A stretch of DNA of 57,352 nt from a virus (Duplodnaviria; Caudoviricetes). Positions 34,069-43,514 of the stretch are shown one piece after another. The translations under genes and the position numbers were made by a program. Each line of letters starts with the position of its first letter. Position 1 is the first letter of the stretch. The notes below the pieces were generated by a model. That model did not search any database and was not told where the DNA came from. It saw only the letters and a list, made by a program, of their open reading frames with translations. The stretch is taken from positions 1 to 57,352 of the IMG/VR virus record IMGVR_UViG_3300030329_004815. One strand, given 5' to 3'.

Positions 34069-35517
34069 CTACGCTAAAGCTACAAGATTTACTGCGGCTG
34101 ACGAAACATCTACTTGATATGCTGCGGTTTGAACGGAGCTTTGCACCGTTACGGTGCAGCTCGTGGTCCCCGCCCCACTGGGCGTACCCGAAAGCACGCC
34201 TGTCTTTGTATTAAACGACATTCCCGCCGGAACATTGTCTATGCTAAAGGTATACGGCTGAACACCACCTGTTGCCGTCCAAGTCTTCGTTGCGGCGGAC
34301 CCGACAGTTAAGGACAGGTTTGTTGGCGGCGAAACCCGCACCCCTTCAACTTTTGTGCTTATTGTCATTTGAATGGTGTCGGTGTAGTTTTGCTGATCTG
34401 TTGCCGACAATGAACACTTGTAATCTGTATATTCGCGAACCAAAGTTCCCTTGATCGTTCCGCTCGTCCTGTCAAGTGACAGTCCATCAGGCAATCGCCT
34501 AGACAAACTAAACTCAAACGGACCCTGCCTCCCTCTTACTGGGTGTGTGATAATTGCGGGAGTCCATGTAAACAAACGACCCACTGTCGGAGTTAGCGAC
34601 ACGGATGACTCAGCAAAAAAACTGTTCGTTGACGAAGCAATATCGAAGTTCGTTAAAGTCGTAGAGTTTTTTTCGGCAAGCCTTGCATTTTCCGCCTCTT
34701 TGATCGCTGGCACAACTCGCTGCCTTAAAGAACTGGTAATTAACGACGGTGGCTTGTTTAAAAATCCGCCAAAAATAGGCATCGGACCTTCGGTCGTGTT
34801 GTAGCAGTCTTCAGCAATAGCCACCCACCTCCCCAGCATTCTAACAGCCATTACGTATGCGTCGGAATCACCTCCAACTTCCCCCTTAGTCCAGTTGTAA
34901 ACCCAAGCAATTTCATCTGTCACAACAAGCTCGTCCCTACCTCCCCAACCCGGAGTCGTTGCGTCAACAATGTCCACAACCTTTCCCGATCCATAGGCTA
35001 GTGAGTTTCCTTCACGGGGAGGTATTGCTTGATTAACACTAACCAAAATATGCTGCCTAGTTTCGCGGCCCAACTGAACCAAGCAAAGGCTAACACCATC
35101 CTCTCCAGCACTTTTTCGTACTCCTAAGTTTTTTACAACTACATAATCGCCACCATAACCAAATTCCATCTCAAATGAGTCGTCAACAAAATGGCACCGC
35201 GCCCCTGAACGGGGAATATCGTGGGGATATGCTTGGCGATCTTTCACTCTGACTAGAAAAGCTCCTGAAGTCTGTTGCACCACGCCCATTTGTTCGTTAG
35301 TTAGCGGCGCTTCTGTGTTGACTACTATAGGAAGCATGGCTTCGTTTAAAAAACCAAACTCTTCGTATGGGCCACCTCCTACTTCTTTCCAAGAAAACCT
35401 TCTTAACTCGTTTTCTTTAATGCACATGACCCCGTAGGGCGGAATTGTTCTGTTGCCCCGATACTTCATTACAAGCGTGTGCGTGTTTTCATGTATTTTC
35501 GGTGATATGTAGCTCAC
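34069..35517 (-). CDS. Tail protein with two putative Ig (He_PIG-like) domains
   Basis: LPDGLSLDRTSGTIKGT and VPAGMSFNTKTGVLSGTP. Confidence 0.7.
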   Translation of the reverse strand: MSYISPKIHENTHTLVMKYRGNRTIPPYGVMCIKENELRRFSWKEVGGGPYEEFGFLNEAMLPIVVNTEAPLTNEQMGVVQQTSGAFLVRVKDRQAYPHDIPRSGARCHFVDDSFEMEFGYGGDYVVVKNLGVRKSAGEDGVSLCLVQLGRETRQHILVSVNQAIPPREGNSLAYGSGKVVDIVDATTPGWGGRDELVVTDEIAWVYNWTKGEVGGDSDAYVMAVRMLGRWVAIAEDCYNTTEGPMPIFGGFLNKPPSLITSSLRQRVVPAIKEAENARLAEKNSTTLTNFDIASSTNSFFAESSVSLTPTVGRLFTWTPAIITHPVRGRQGPFEFSLSRRLPDGLSLDRTSGTIKGTLVREYTDYKCSLSATDQQNYTDTIQMTISTKVEGVRVSPPTNLSLTVGSAATKTWTATGGVQPYTFSIDNVPAGMSFNTKTGVLSGTPSGAGTTSCTVTVQSSVQTAAYQVDVSSAAVNLVALA

Positions 35518-35528
35518 AAAGACCTCCC

Positions 35529-37397
35529 CTATCTTTTTGGAAATTTAAACGGCTCGGCTTCGTTGTCTCGAAGCATATCCGATGAATTAAAAAGCATAAT
35601 TTCCTGCAAGTCGCGCTTGTGTGCTTTCTTTGCCCACCACCGCATTTCGTTTGCTTCGTTATCAACCGCCCAATCAAAAGCCGTGTCGAACTTTATGTTT
35701 AAAGTCGTAGTCGATCCGCTTTTATTAATAGTGTGTCCAACCGACTTGAGAGCGCCGTTAAGAACTACGCCGCTTGGGGCTCCCCATATTCCTACATGAC
35801 TGGACTGCTGCCCAACGGCTGCCGATTGCATTTCTCTAAAAATATCCCACCCAATTTTCTTTGCTTCATCTTCAATTGAATCAAAATTGTCCTCATCAAA
35901 ATCTAAATCGCGAAACGGCTGTAAATCGTCTCTATACACAACAAGCTCCCCAACACCTTGCGGGTTGGCAGGAATGTCAGTTGTTCTTCGATCAAAATCC
36001 CCGTTATTGCTGGTGCGAAGATTGAATCCTGTTTTTAAATACAGCTCGGCAGGCTCTTTGATGTCGCCCTCGTCTATAAAATCATCATCGGCTTTATCCC
36101 CCTCCCATTGAAATATTTGGTGGGTAAACCGAACGGCTCTGGTTTTTGGGTCAATTTTCAAATCGGTACACCCCCGAACCGAAAGTCTCTGACCTCTATA
36201 ATCATCATACTGATTGGGTAGTAGCATGTTTATAGGGTCTAAGTGGACTTGTATAGTAGCGCGGGTGGTGTTGTTTCCGGGCTTGTTTGCCCTCGCCTTA
36301 TCAAAACGGCCCCAGACAAACCCCGGAACTTTTTCTCCCGTAGTTTTATTAGGACGTGGTAGATATTGGTGCAGGGCTATTTGACGCAGGTGAGTTATTT
36401 TATCGCCAGCTTGATTAAATAGCGTTGTTTTTTCAAACAATTCAAGCGGCGGAGTAGCAGGCGCTGTTGCATATTTTACATACGGCGAGCCTAGCTGGTA
36501 AATTTCAAAATACTCCGCTGCAAGTTCCGCTGCGGGAATCTCTTGCGCGCCGAGATGCTGAGGAAACCTGCCATTGCGATTATGATACGGCCCAAGATAA
36601 GCATGTATAAAATAATCTTTCAGTTCCGGCGGGTATATCGGCTTGTAAGAGTCCCAGTTTTTAATAACATCCGTTGCGGCGGCGTGTAGCTCCAGACTTT
36701 TTACATAGTTAATAGGAGCCGATACTATTTTTATAACCTTCGGAAGCTCTGGCGGATTATAACCCGTGTCAACGCTAACTACGCCTCCAATGGCTGGCCA
36801 TGCGCCGACATTGTTTTCTTCAAAACGCATTCGCATCGGGTTGCCAAGATCGGGGCAAGGCAATAAAGAACACTTTTTTGCTAGTTCAGATAAAACCCTA
36901 CCAGCCGTAACGTTGTTCCAATTAAAGTACGGGTACTGATCTTTAGGAAAGTTTGCTGTATCAATAGCGGGTGCTTGCGCACCTAATGTAATTTGAATAT
37001 CATCGGCTACTTTTTGAGCAATTTCTTGCGCACTAAGCTTGTTGTTCAGAAAGAAGTTGTTTGAGTTAGGATCAATAACATCAAACTCACCGTCGGCCCG
37101 CCTTCTGTTTACTTCGCCTGTTATGTAAACATAATCAAGCAACCACCGCCAATCTTTAAATGTCAGCTTGAGCCTTTGTCCTGATGAAGTAGATACGACA
37201 TGCGCCTTGTCAAGCAATGCGTTTTCGAACAACACCTCTCCTCCATCAATTGACAGAGGGCCAAACAATGGCATTTTTGTCAAAGGCTGGGGAACAGTTA
37301 CGACAGTAGCCGTAGACGGAGCAACGCCAACCCCGTAGGAATGAGAGTAGGATTCAATAAATTCCTCGAACCCCGGATAATGAACTCTGCCCGCCAT
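35529..37397 (-). CDS. Putative baseplate hub / tail tip protein
   Basis: Position after the tape measure gene; hub-like N-terminus (LTFKDWRW). Confidence 0.55.
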   Translation of the reverse strand: MAGRVHYPGFEEFIESYSHSYGVGVAPSTATVVTVPQPLTKMPLFGPLSIDGGEVLFENALLDKAHVVSTSSGQRLKLTFKDWRWLLDYVYITGEVNRRRADGEFDVIDPNSNNFFLNNKLSAQEIAQKVADDIQITLGAQAPAIDTANFPKDQYPYFNWNNVTAGRVLSELAKKCSLLPCPDLGNPMRMRFEENNVGAWPAIGGVVSVDTGYNPPELPKVIKIVSAPINYVKSLELHAAATDVIKNWDSYKPIYPPELKDYFIHAYLGPYHNRNGRFPQHLGAQEIPAAELAAEYFEIYQLGSPYVKYATAPATPPLELFEKTTLFNQAGDKITHLRQIALHQYLPRPNKTTGEKVPGFVWGRFDKARANKPGNNTTRATIQVHLDPINMLLPNQYDDYRGQRLSVRGCTDLKIDPKTRAVRFTHQIFQWEGDKADDDFIDEGDIKEPAELYLKTGFNLRTSNNGDFDRRTTDIPANPQGVGELVVYRDDLQPFRDLDFDEDNFDSIEDEAKKIGWDIFREMQSAAVGQQSSHVGIWGAPSGVVLNGALKSVGHTINKSGSTTTLNIKFDTAFDWAVDNEANEMRWWAKKAHKRDLQEIMLFNSSDMLRDNEAEPFKFPKR

Positions 37398-37406
37398 GAA
37401 AACACC

Positions 37407-38699
37407 CTAAATTGAACTTGGAGTCCAAGTCTTGTTTTTGGCCGTGTCAAGCGTAACTTCTGGTATAGACGATTGAATAAGATCGTATCCATTTGATGCG
37501 GTAACAGTTCCAAAAGGATCAAAAAAGCTTGCCCCAGCATACATATAAATGTTGGTTATTGTTCTGGCTCGCAAATCCTCCCGTGCGCTAAAAGTTCCAG
37601 AAGAACCGATTGTTAAATTAGTAAGCGTTTGATCGCTTTGATATGACAGCGTTCCGCCTAAAACGACGGCTGTGGTCATTGCGCCGTCAAGATGCTGGGT
37701 TTCGCCAGAAGTCATTGTAAGGGTAGTGATCGCCGACTGGCTTATCATCCTTCCTCCCGACATATCAACAGCGCCCAAGGTAACGGCATCGCCAGCAAAA
37801 ACTGTTGAGTCATACGCTTGATTTCCGCTGTAACCAATTTTTAAAGTCGCTACTGTCGATGCTTCCCCGTCCCAAGGTGCGATGCCAACTCTACCCTTGT
37901 TCACTGTTATTACGTTCGAACTGTGCGTCCCCTTAAAATTAAAACTCTGCTCTCCTGCGGCTGGCTCCGCTGTGTTCACAACCGTAACAGTAGCCTGACT
38001 GCTGCCAACATCTAAGTTAATGCGAGGGGAGCCGTTCCCCTCGCCATGACCGACAAAAACCTTTATGTTTACGCCATCACCAGAATTTCCGTATTGCAAA
38101 TAACGATCTCTATATTGGTAGTCGCCAGCAGTATCGTAAGCAGGCAAACCCACTTGGCCGGTAAAAGAAGATTTAAAATGTATTTCGGCGGGAGTTACCG
38201 CAGAATTATCCAGCCCAAACATGCAGTTTACGCTGCTGTTTTCGAAAACAATTGTGTCGTTGTCTACCGGAAGTGTTGTTCCGCTCCAATTGTCAGCGTT
38301 ATCAGCAAAATTCGGGCCAGTTGCAGCGGTCGTCGTTGTCCCAGCCTGAAAAGTGTTAGCCCCGTCAACAGTATGGTTTACGCCCGGCGTAGTTCCGTCG
38401 TTTTCATAAGCACGAGCTTGGGCTGTAAAAGGTATGCCGGTCGTGTTGTGAGTTGCCACCACCTGCGTTGACGTGCTTGACCATTCAATCCCTGCAAACT
38501 CATTAATTGTCGACAAGTTTAACTCATCTGCAATCTCTCCTGTTACAGTAGATATGGTTGCACTCGTAGCCTCAACCGTTACCGACTTACTGTTTATTTC
38601 CATCGTGAACTTATCGCCGGAAGCCCAAGTTCCGTCGATAACCCACTTTGTCACTTGCGCGACTGCAAGTGCGTTCCCGGTCCAAGTTCTAGTGGCCAT
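37407..38699 (-). CDS. Putative tail protein with beta-helix C-terminus
   Basis: T/G/S-rich, NWS...LP...D motif and repetitive beta strands. Confidence 0.55.
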   Translation of the reverse strand: MATRTWTGNALAVAQVTKWVIDGTWASGDKFTMEINSKSVTVEATSATISTVTGEIADELNLSTINEFAGIEWSSTSTQVVATHNTTGIPFTAQARAYENDGTTPGVNHTVDGANTFQAGTTTTAATGPNFADNADNWSGTTLPVDNDTIVFENSSVNCMFGLDNSAVTPAEIHFKSSFTGQVGLPAYDTAGDYQYRDRYLQYGNSGDGVNIKVFVGHGEGNGSPRINLDVGSSQATVTVVNTAEPAAGEQSFNFKGTHSSNVITVNKGRVGIAPWDGEASTVATLKIGYSGNQAYDSTVFAGDAVTLGAVDMSGGRMISQSAITTLTMTSGETQHLDGAMTTAVVLGGTLSYQSDQTLTNLTIGSSGTFSAREDLRARTITNIYMYAGASFFDPFGTVTASNGYDLIQSSIPEVTLDTAKNKTWTPSSI

Positions 38700-38710
38700 T
38701 ACAATAACCC

Positions 38711-39454
38711 TTAATCTTCAAATGTGTATGTGTAGTTTGTTGTCCATTTTAAAGTTGCGCTGTTATAGGTTTCCGACAACTGCCTTTGCCAAAAATTTTC
38801 CGACCCCAAGCCTAAAGGCGGGGGATAAATTGGGCCGCCAACGCTAACCACTGACCCAGACTGAATGCGTTTTATCACGGTCGAATCAGATACCTGCTGC
38901 CACACTATTGGCCCTTCTCGCAGTTCTCTCGCCACAAACCTTGCACCACCAGTCCCGACTTGCGAAATCGTTTCAACCGCTTCAAGCGATTTCGACTCAG
39001 TTACGCCGCCCCCGACGGCCCCTTGGTCTGGGACCATAGCCTTCACAATAATTCGATAGCTTCTGGTCGCAACGTATTCTGAACCCCCCCCCTCTGGAAA
39101 TTCAATTGATTGAACGCGAACACCACCAAATGTTTTGTCTGTATCTATAAAATGAGCTGTTTTTGTGCCGTCGGCGGCATGTAAGGCAATGTTTCTGTTG
39201 TTTCGACCGTAAAATGTTTTAAGTTTATTAATTTTAGTTGTTAAGTTGGCAACCGGATCAGCCGCACCTGCATCTGCCTGCAACATTCCGTCAATTACCC
39301 ATGTATGCTCGTTTCCAATCGAGGTGTTTTGGTCTGACTCCATCATTTTTGTTGAAATCTTTACGTTACACTCGCCTGTTTCGTGACTGTGGCGCCCGTA
39401 TCTTAAAAACAACTTCCGTACTCCTTTGGCTTGGGCAAAATTCTTACCGAACAC
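38711..39454 (-). CDS. Putative distal tail protein (start uncertain)
   Basis: First tail gene after the tape measure gene and the HNH insert. Confidence 0.5.
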   Translation of the reverse strand: MFGKNFAQAKGVRKLFLRYGRHSHETGECNVKISTKMMESDQNTSIGNEHTWVIDGMLQADAGAADPVANLTTKINKLKTFYGRNNRNIALHAADGTKTAHFIDTDKTFGGVRVQSIEFPEGGGSEYVATRSYRIIVKAMVPDQGAVGGGVTESKSLEAVETISQVGTGGARFVARELREGPIVWQQVSDSTVIKRIQSGSVVSVGGPIYPPPLGLGSENFWQRQLSETYNSATLKWTTNYTYTFED

Positions 39455-39804
39455 TCTTGCAAAAGCGTTAAATCGTAAAACTCTGGGTCATGTTTTTTCT
39501 TGAGCCATAAAAGATGCTCAGTTCTCAACGGCTTTCGCGGCGCCTCAAGGTGCTTTGCTCCGTGTTCAATAGAATGGCACAATGGGCAAAGCAGGACAAC
39601 ACATCTTCTGTCTTTTAGACGAGGCTGGCTGACAATGTGAGCGCGATGCAAAAACCACGGAGCGTACCAAAAACCCGGCTGATCCGATTCCCCGCAAGCC
39701 CAGCACTCGTCAGTAAAGTGAAGCCGCATTTCGCCGTATAAAGTCTGGTAAAAATCTTTATTTTCGACGTGTTCTTTGATTTTCGCACCCATTTGGGTAT
39801 TCAA
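39403..39804 (-). CDS. Small Zn-binding HNH-like endonuclease
   Basis: CWACG...HRAHI...VVLLCPLCH..EH. Confidence 0.7.
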   Translation of the reverse strand: MNTQMGAKIKEHVENKDFYQTLYGEMRLHFTDECWACGESDQPGFWYAPWFLHRAHIVSQPRLKDRRCVVLLCPLCHSIEHGAKHLEAPRKPLRTEHLLWLKKKHDPEFYDLTLLQECSVRILPKPKEYGSCF

Positions 39805-40214
39805 ATACTTAACGATTCGTTTGTAAAGAAGAGATTGCGCCTAAAAGCACTTCAAACTTTGGTGGGTGCGCACGTCTCCCATCCCTAGAAAGGAGACGTG
39901 ACGCAAACTCAAACCCCGGAGCCTGTCGCACTGTAGATTCCTTGAGACACAGCAAGTGCTGAACCCGATGCCGCCCGTTCTACCAGTCTAGGCTTGGCTG
40001 TGGCATCATCCCCGTGGTAGCCGACCTTGTGCAGCCCACTGGCCCCCGCTTTACGGTCGCTCTCGCTGCTATGGAAAGAATATAGCAAGAGAGAAACGAC
40101 CGGCAAGAGGCTATCAAAAAAATACCAAAAAACCCTACAGGCCGCTTGCTATTGCTATCAAATCATTTAATTTATGATAGTCCGCAAACGGGGTGGCTCT
40201 CGGCGGGCTTTTGT

Positions 40215-40246
40215 AATGGCTGGCTCAACTGGGTCAGCCATTTTTT
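40215..40246 (+). terminator. Terminator-like hairpin with its T run on the + strand
   Basis: AATGGCTGGCTC-AACT-GGGTCAGCCATTTTTT. Confidence 0.6.
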
Positions 40247-42083
40247 ATTGATTTATCTTTATGTTTATCTGTTCAATTTGCGCAAGCAGGCTGTCAATTG
40301 TATCTTGCCACTTTTCCTGAACAGCCTTAGCCACTTTTTCGCCGATGTCTTTAGACAAGTCCGCAAACTGCCCCTCAAGCTTTACGATCTGTTCTCCGCT
40401 TGTGTCAATGTTCATCTCAAGTCTGCCAATTTCTTTCAACCTGTTTACAGCTTTTTCTAGCGATGAACCCGGATCAACAAACACGCTATCAAAGTACCCC
40501 GCCGCACCAGCCGCTCGCAGTTCGCCTTCTTGCTGCCTTTGCCTGCCAGCGTCGGTGGCAAACAACCCCCTCGTTAGCTGCAAGTCGCTTTCAGTAGCTG
40601 TTCCCGCCATAACCCGCTGACCCGCCTGCATAGCCTGCTGCCGCTGCAAGGGGTCCATGCTCAGAAATCTTTGTGCGCCACTCATCTCCGCTTGATGCGT
40701 CTCTCTTAGCTTTCCAAGCCGCTCAAGCTGAATGTTGTATGCCTCCTTTTCTGCATTTATAACATTGCTCAAATTATCCAATTGATTTTGGTATTTTTTT
40801 TGCTCTACTCTGGCCGTTTCCGCCGCAAGCTGGTTTACGACTTCAAATTGACTCTGAAGCATGTTGTTCATGTTTTCCGCAGCCTGTGGCCCGCCGGTGC
40901 TTACCCCCCCAAACATGCTTTGCGTCATTGTTTCGCCTAAATCAAATTGTTTCCTCAAGGCTTTCCTGCGCAAACCAAAAAATCTTTCGCTTTGCTCCTC
41001 TCCCACGTATTCTGCCCCAGCTATGTTTCCAAGGACTTGGGTTTGCATACCCATAGCACCATATTGTTGCCCTCGGCTTTCAGCTTTAGCAATTGCCGTC
41101 CGCAGCGCGTTTCGCCTACTTTGTTCTTCAGCTATTACCTCCCGCCGCTTCGCGTGATCTGACCAGCGGGGGTCACTCATTAGCCGCCCTGTTTCGCCAA
41201 CCCCATACATAGCGTCAATTTGATTCTGAAAGCTAAAATCCATAGCCATCGGGTCAGCAAGAATCCCCTCGTCTTTTATGCCTCTGGTTCCGGTGGGCAA
41301 GCCGCCTCGCCCAAGACCCACATTTCCAAAAACGCTTCCCCCTCCGTAGTATCCTGCATGATCCCACGCCTTGTAAACTCCGTAAGCACCGGCTGCGCCT
41401 ACAGCCAAAGGCGTGGCATAATTCTTTAACATGCCCCAGCCCCGCCCAACCATCCTTCCCATCCGTGTGCCGCGACCGACTTGTCCAGCCACAGCCCCTT
41501 CACCCAACATCATTGAAAGGCCGTCAGTCAATGCCCCGGAAGCTTGTATTTTGTTAAGCGCTTCTCTAAGCATGATTAAATTTCTATAGGCAGAAGCTAC
41601 CCCCTGAATCCCCTGAACCCAAGACTCAAAGTACGCAATCCGCCTTAGCATAGCTTCAGCTTCTTTTTCGTTTGCTGCGGTCATCAAAGCGTACATTCGA
41701 ATAAGCTGAGTGCCGGAGTGGACGAGAGCCGTGCCAGCCCTAATCGCCTGAGTCATTCCAACGTGCTGATCGCGCCTAGCTTTGTTGAGCTGCTTTACTG
41801 CTTTTTCCTCGTCTGACAAAGCGCTTGATCGCTTTTTACTAGACTTTACTTCCTCGCTGGCTTGAGCCTGACTTCTTGCATGACCCTTCTGCCTATCCTC
41901 CTGCTGCTTGTTAAGTCTTTCGTAGGCTTCCGTTACAACCGATGCCGCCTCGCGGCTGGTTTTCATAAGCGCAACATTTTGTTCGGCAATTTTCTTGAGA
42001 GAATCCTCAATTCCAGACATTTGCTTCTGCACATCAGGAGCATTCTGGACTTCAACCTCAACAATTAGCTTCTTTGTACTCAT
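40245..42083 (-). CDS. Tape measure protein
   Basis: Helical, A/G/M/Q-rich, 612 aa; directly after the frameshifted chaperone pair. Confidence 0.75.
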   Translation of the reverse strand: MSTKKLIVEVEVQNAPDVQKQMSGIEDSLKKIAEQNVALMKTSREAASVVTEAYERLNKQQEDRQKGHARSQAQASEEVKSSKKRSSALSDEEKAVKQLNKARRDQHVGMTQAIRAGTALVHSGTQLIRMYALMTAANEKEAEAMLRRIAYFESWVQGIQGVASAYRNLIMLREALNKIQASGALTDGLSMMLGEGAVAGQVGRGTRMGRMVGRGWGMLKNYATPLAVGAAGAYGVYKAWDHAGYYGGGSVFGNVGLGRGGLPTGTRGIKDEGILADPMAMDFSFQNQIDAMYGVGETGRLMSDPRWSDHAKRREVIAEEQSRRNALRTAIAKAESRGQQYGAMGMQTQVLGNIAGAEYVGEEQSERFFGLRRKALRKQFDLGETMTQSMFGGVSTGGPQAAENMNNMLQSQFEVVNQLAAETARVEQKKYQNQLDNLSNVINAEKEAYNIQLERLGKLRETHQAEMSGAQRFLSMDPLQRQQAMQAGQRVMAGTATESDLQLTRGLFATDAGRQRQQEGELRAAGAAGYFDSVFVDPGSSLEKAVNRLKEIGRLEMNIDTSGEQIVKLEGQFADLSKDIGEKVAKAVQEKWQDTIDSLLAQIEQINIKINQ

Positions 42084-42487
42084 GAAATAGAAGACCTTTG
42101 CAACAGCGTCATGAACATCTTCATTTGAGATGCTTGATTTTCGGTAGACACTATTCTTTCACAAAGCGACAGAAGGTGGCTAGTGCGGTATTGAACACCG
42201 TCAAAACCAAAACTTGCGCCGTTGGTGGCTTTGCCTCTCCAGTAGTCCTTTAGAATTGTCTGACTTCTGAGGCTTAAAGAGTATTTCCACGCCTGAGCAG
42301 GAGACTTTTTAGGGCAGGCTTTGCAGTTGGGCTTAGAGCCTCGATTGCGCAAAATATCTACGCCGCCTCTGGTGGCGCGCTTGTTTTTGTGCGGCCCATC
42401 TTCAATGTAGATGTACTTCTGGCAGTCGCCGCAAGATCGTTTTGCAAGTCCGGGGTTTTCCAGCAAAAGCTGCAACCCCGCAATTAG
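42080..42487 (-). CDS. Tail assembly chaperone, -1 frame extension (gpT-like)
   Basis: Open in the -1 frame from the slippery site: KLIAGLQLLLENPGLAKRSCGDC... Confidence 0.75.
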   Translation of the reverse strand, partial: LIAGLQLLLENPGLAKRSCGDCQKYIYIEDGPHKNKRATRGGVDILRNRGSKPNCKACPKKSPAQAWKYSLSLRSQTILKDYWRGKATNGASFGFDGVQYRTSHLLSLCERIVSTENQASQMKMFMTLLQRSSIS

Positions 42488-42891
42488 TTTCCCTCGCGAA
42501 TCTCCATTAGCTTGTCGGCGTAATTGCCATCCAGCGCCGACTCCAGCGCAGCTTCTTCCTGCTCTGGTTCCCGATCCCTTGGGTCCGACTCGTCTTCACC
42601 GCCAAAGCACACAATATCACAGAATTTGTTAAACACTTCTGGGTGCATTCGGAGCAAGTTCCCCGCAGTTACCTCTTCCTCAAAGCACCACTCCGAAATC
42701 AGTTCAGCACAAAGCTTTGCAGACAGCCTTTCTTTTCGAGCCACATCGTCCGTCTTGCCCATGTCCCCAATTAGGCCCGCCCTCTGCTCGACCATCGCCG
42801 GAGTGTAACTAAACGTAATCTCTGGAAACCGCTTAGTTGCCTTAATAACCGCTTTTTCTACTACACCCCGTGAAATAAATACGCTGCCCAT
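42484..42891 (-). CDS. Tail assembly chaperone (gpG-like)
   Basis: Start revised to the ATG at 42891 (GAGG RBS); ends in REGN-stop. Confidence 0.75.
   Translation of the reverse strand: MGSVFISRGVVEKAVIKATKRFPEITFSYTPAMVEQRAGLIGDMGKTDDVARKERLSAKLCAELISEWCFEEEVTAGNLLRMHPEVFNKFCDIVCFGGEDESDPRDREPEQEEAALESALDGNYADKLMEIREGN
42487..42493 (-). promoter_or_regulatory. -1 ribosomal frameshift site G GGA AAC
   Basis: XXXYYYZ heptamer immediately before the TAA of the chaperone gene. Confidence 0.8.
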
Positions 42892-42978
42892 TTTATACCT
42901 CGCTAGAAATAACCGCTTGATTGTTTTGCAAAACACAGTATTATTGCCGAAGCTACACCGTTTGCAAAGGAGTATATT

Positions 42979-43224
42979 TTGAAAATTACATGCACCAAAA
43001 CGCCGCGCCAGACTTCCGACTTGACTCAAGGTTACTTTGTGACCAAAGAGACGTTCAAGTCAGTTGTCACAAGTTTACTAGGGATCGACTATCGCTGGCA
43101 GCCCGGCGAAAGCCGATCTTTGATTTATGTATCTAAAAAAGACGTTGCGGGCTTTGAGTTCATGCTCAAGGCTTTAGACGTTCCAGTAACTAGGCTGCAA
43201 ACGACTAGCCGGGCGGCGTTTTAG
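42979..43224 (+). CDS. Hypothetical protein (opposite-strand insert)
   Basis: TTG start behind AAGGAG. Confidence 0.5.
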   Translation: MKITCTKTPRQTSDLTQGYFVTKETFKSVVTSLLGIDYRWQPGESRSLIYVSKKDVAGFEFMLKALDVPVTRLQTTSRAAF

Positions 43225-43247
43225 GGTCGTTTGCGCAGGGAGCAAAC

Positions 43248-43514
43248 GTGATAACACGCAAGACAGCAATGATGCTGAGGGTTATTAGCAATCACACATC
43301 GTCAAAGTCACCAATCGAATCTGCCGAGCTTATGTTCATGGTTGGGGAGAAGTACCCGAATATAAGACAGCCGAACGCATACCAGATTCTCAAGCGATCT
43401 ATTGAGTCTGGTTATGTAAACAAAGAGCCGAACCCCCACGGACCCGGCTCTGTCTACAGCCTTACGCCTAAAGGCAAAAAGGCATTTGACGATTTCATGG
43501 CTGATTTTAAGTAG
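43248..43514 (+). CDS. PadR/MarR-like winged-helix protein
   Basis: AYQILKR....GYV........SVYSLTPKGKKAF. Confidence 0.7.
   Translation: MITRKTAMMLRVISNHTSSKSPIESAELMFMVGEKYPNIRQPNAYQILKRSIESGYVNKEPNPHGPGSVYSLTPKGKKAFDDFMADFK

Noticed and set aside
32827-35517. Diversity-generating retroelement targeting tail genes
   Set aside because: No reverse transcriptase, and no adenine-variant TR/VR pair seen.
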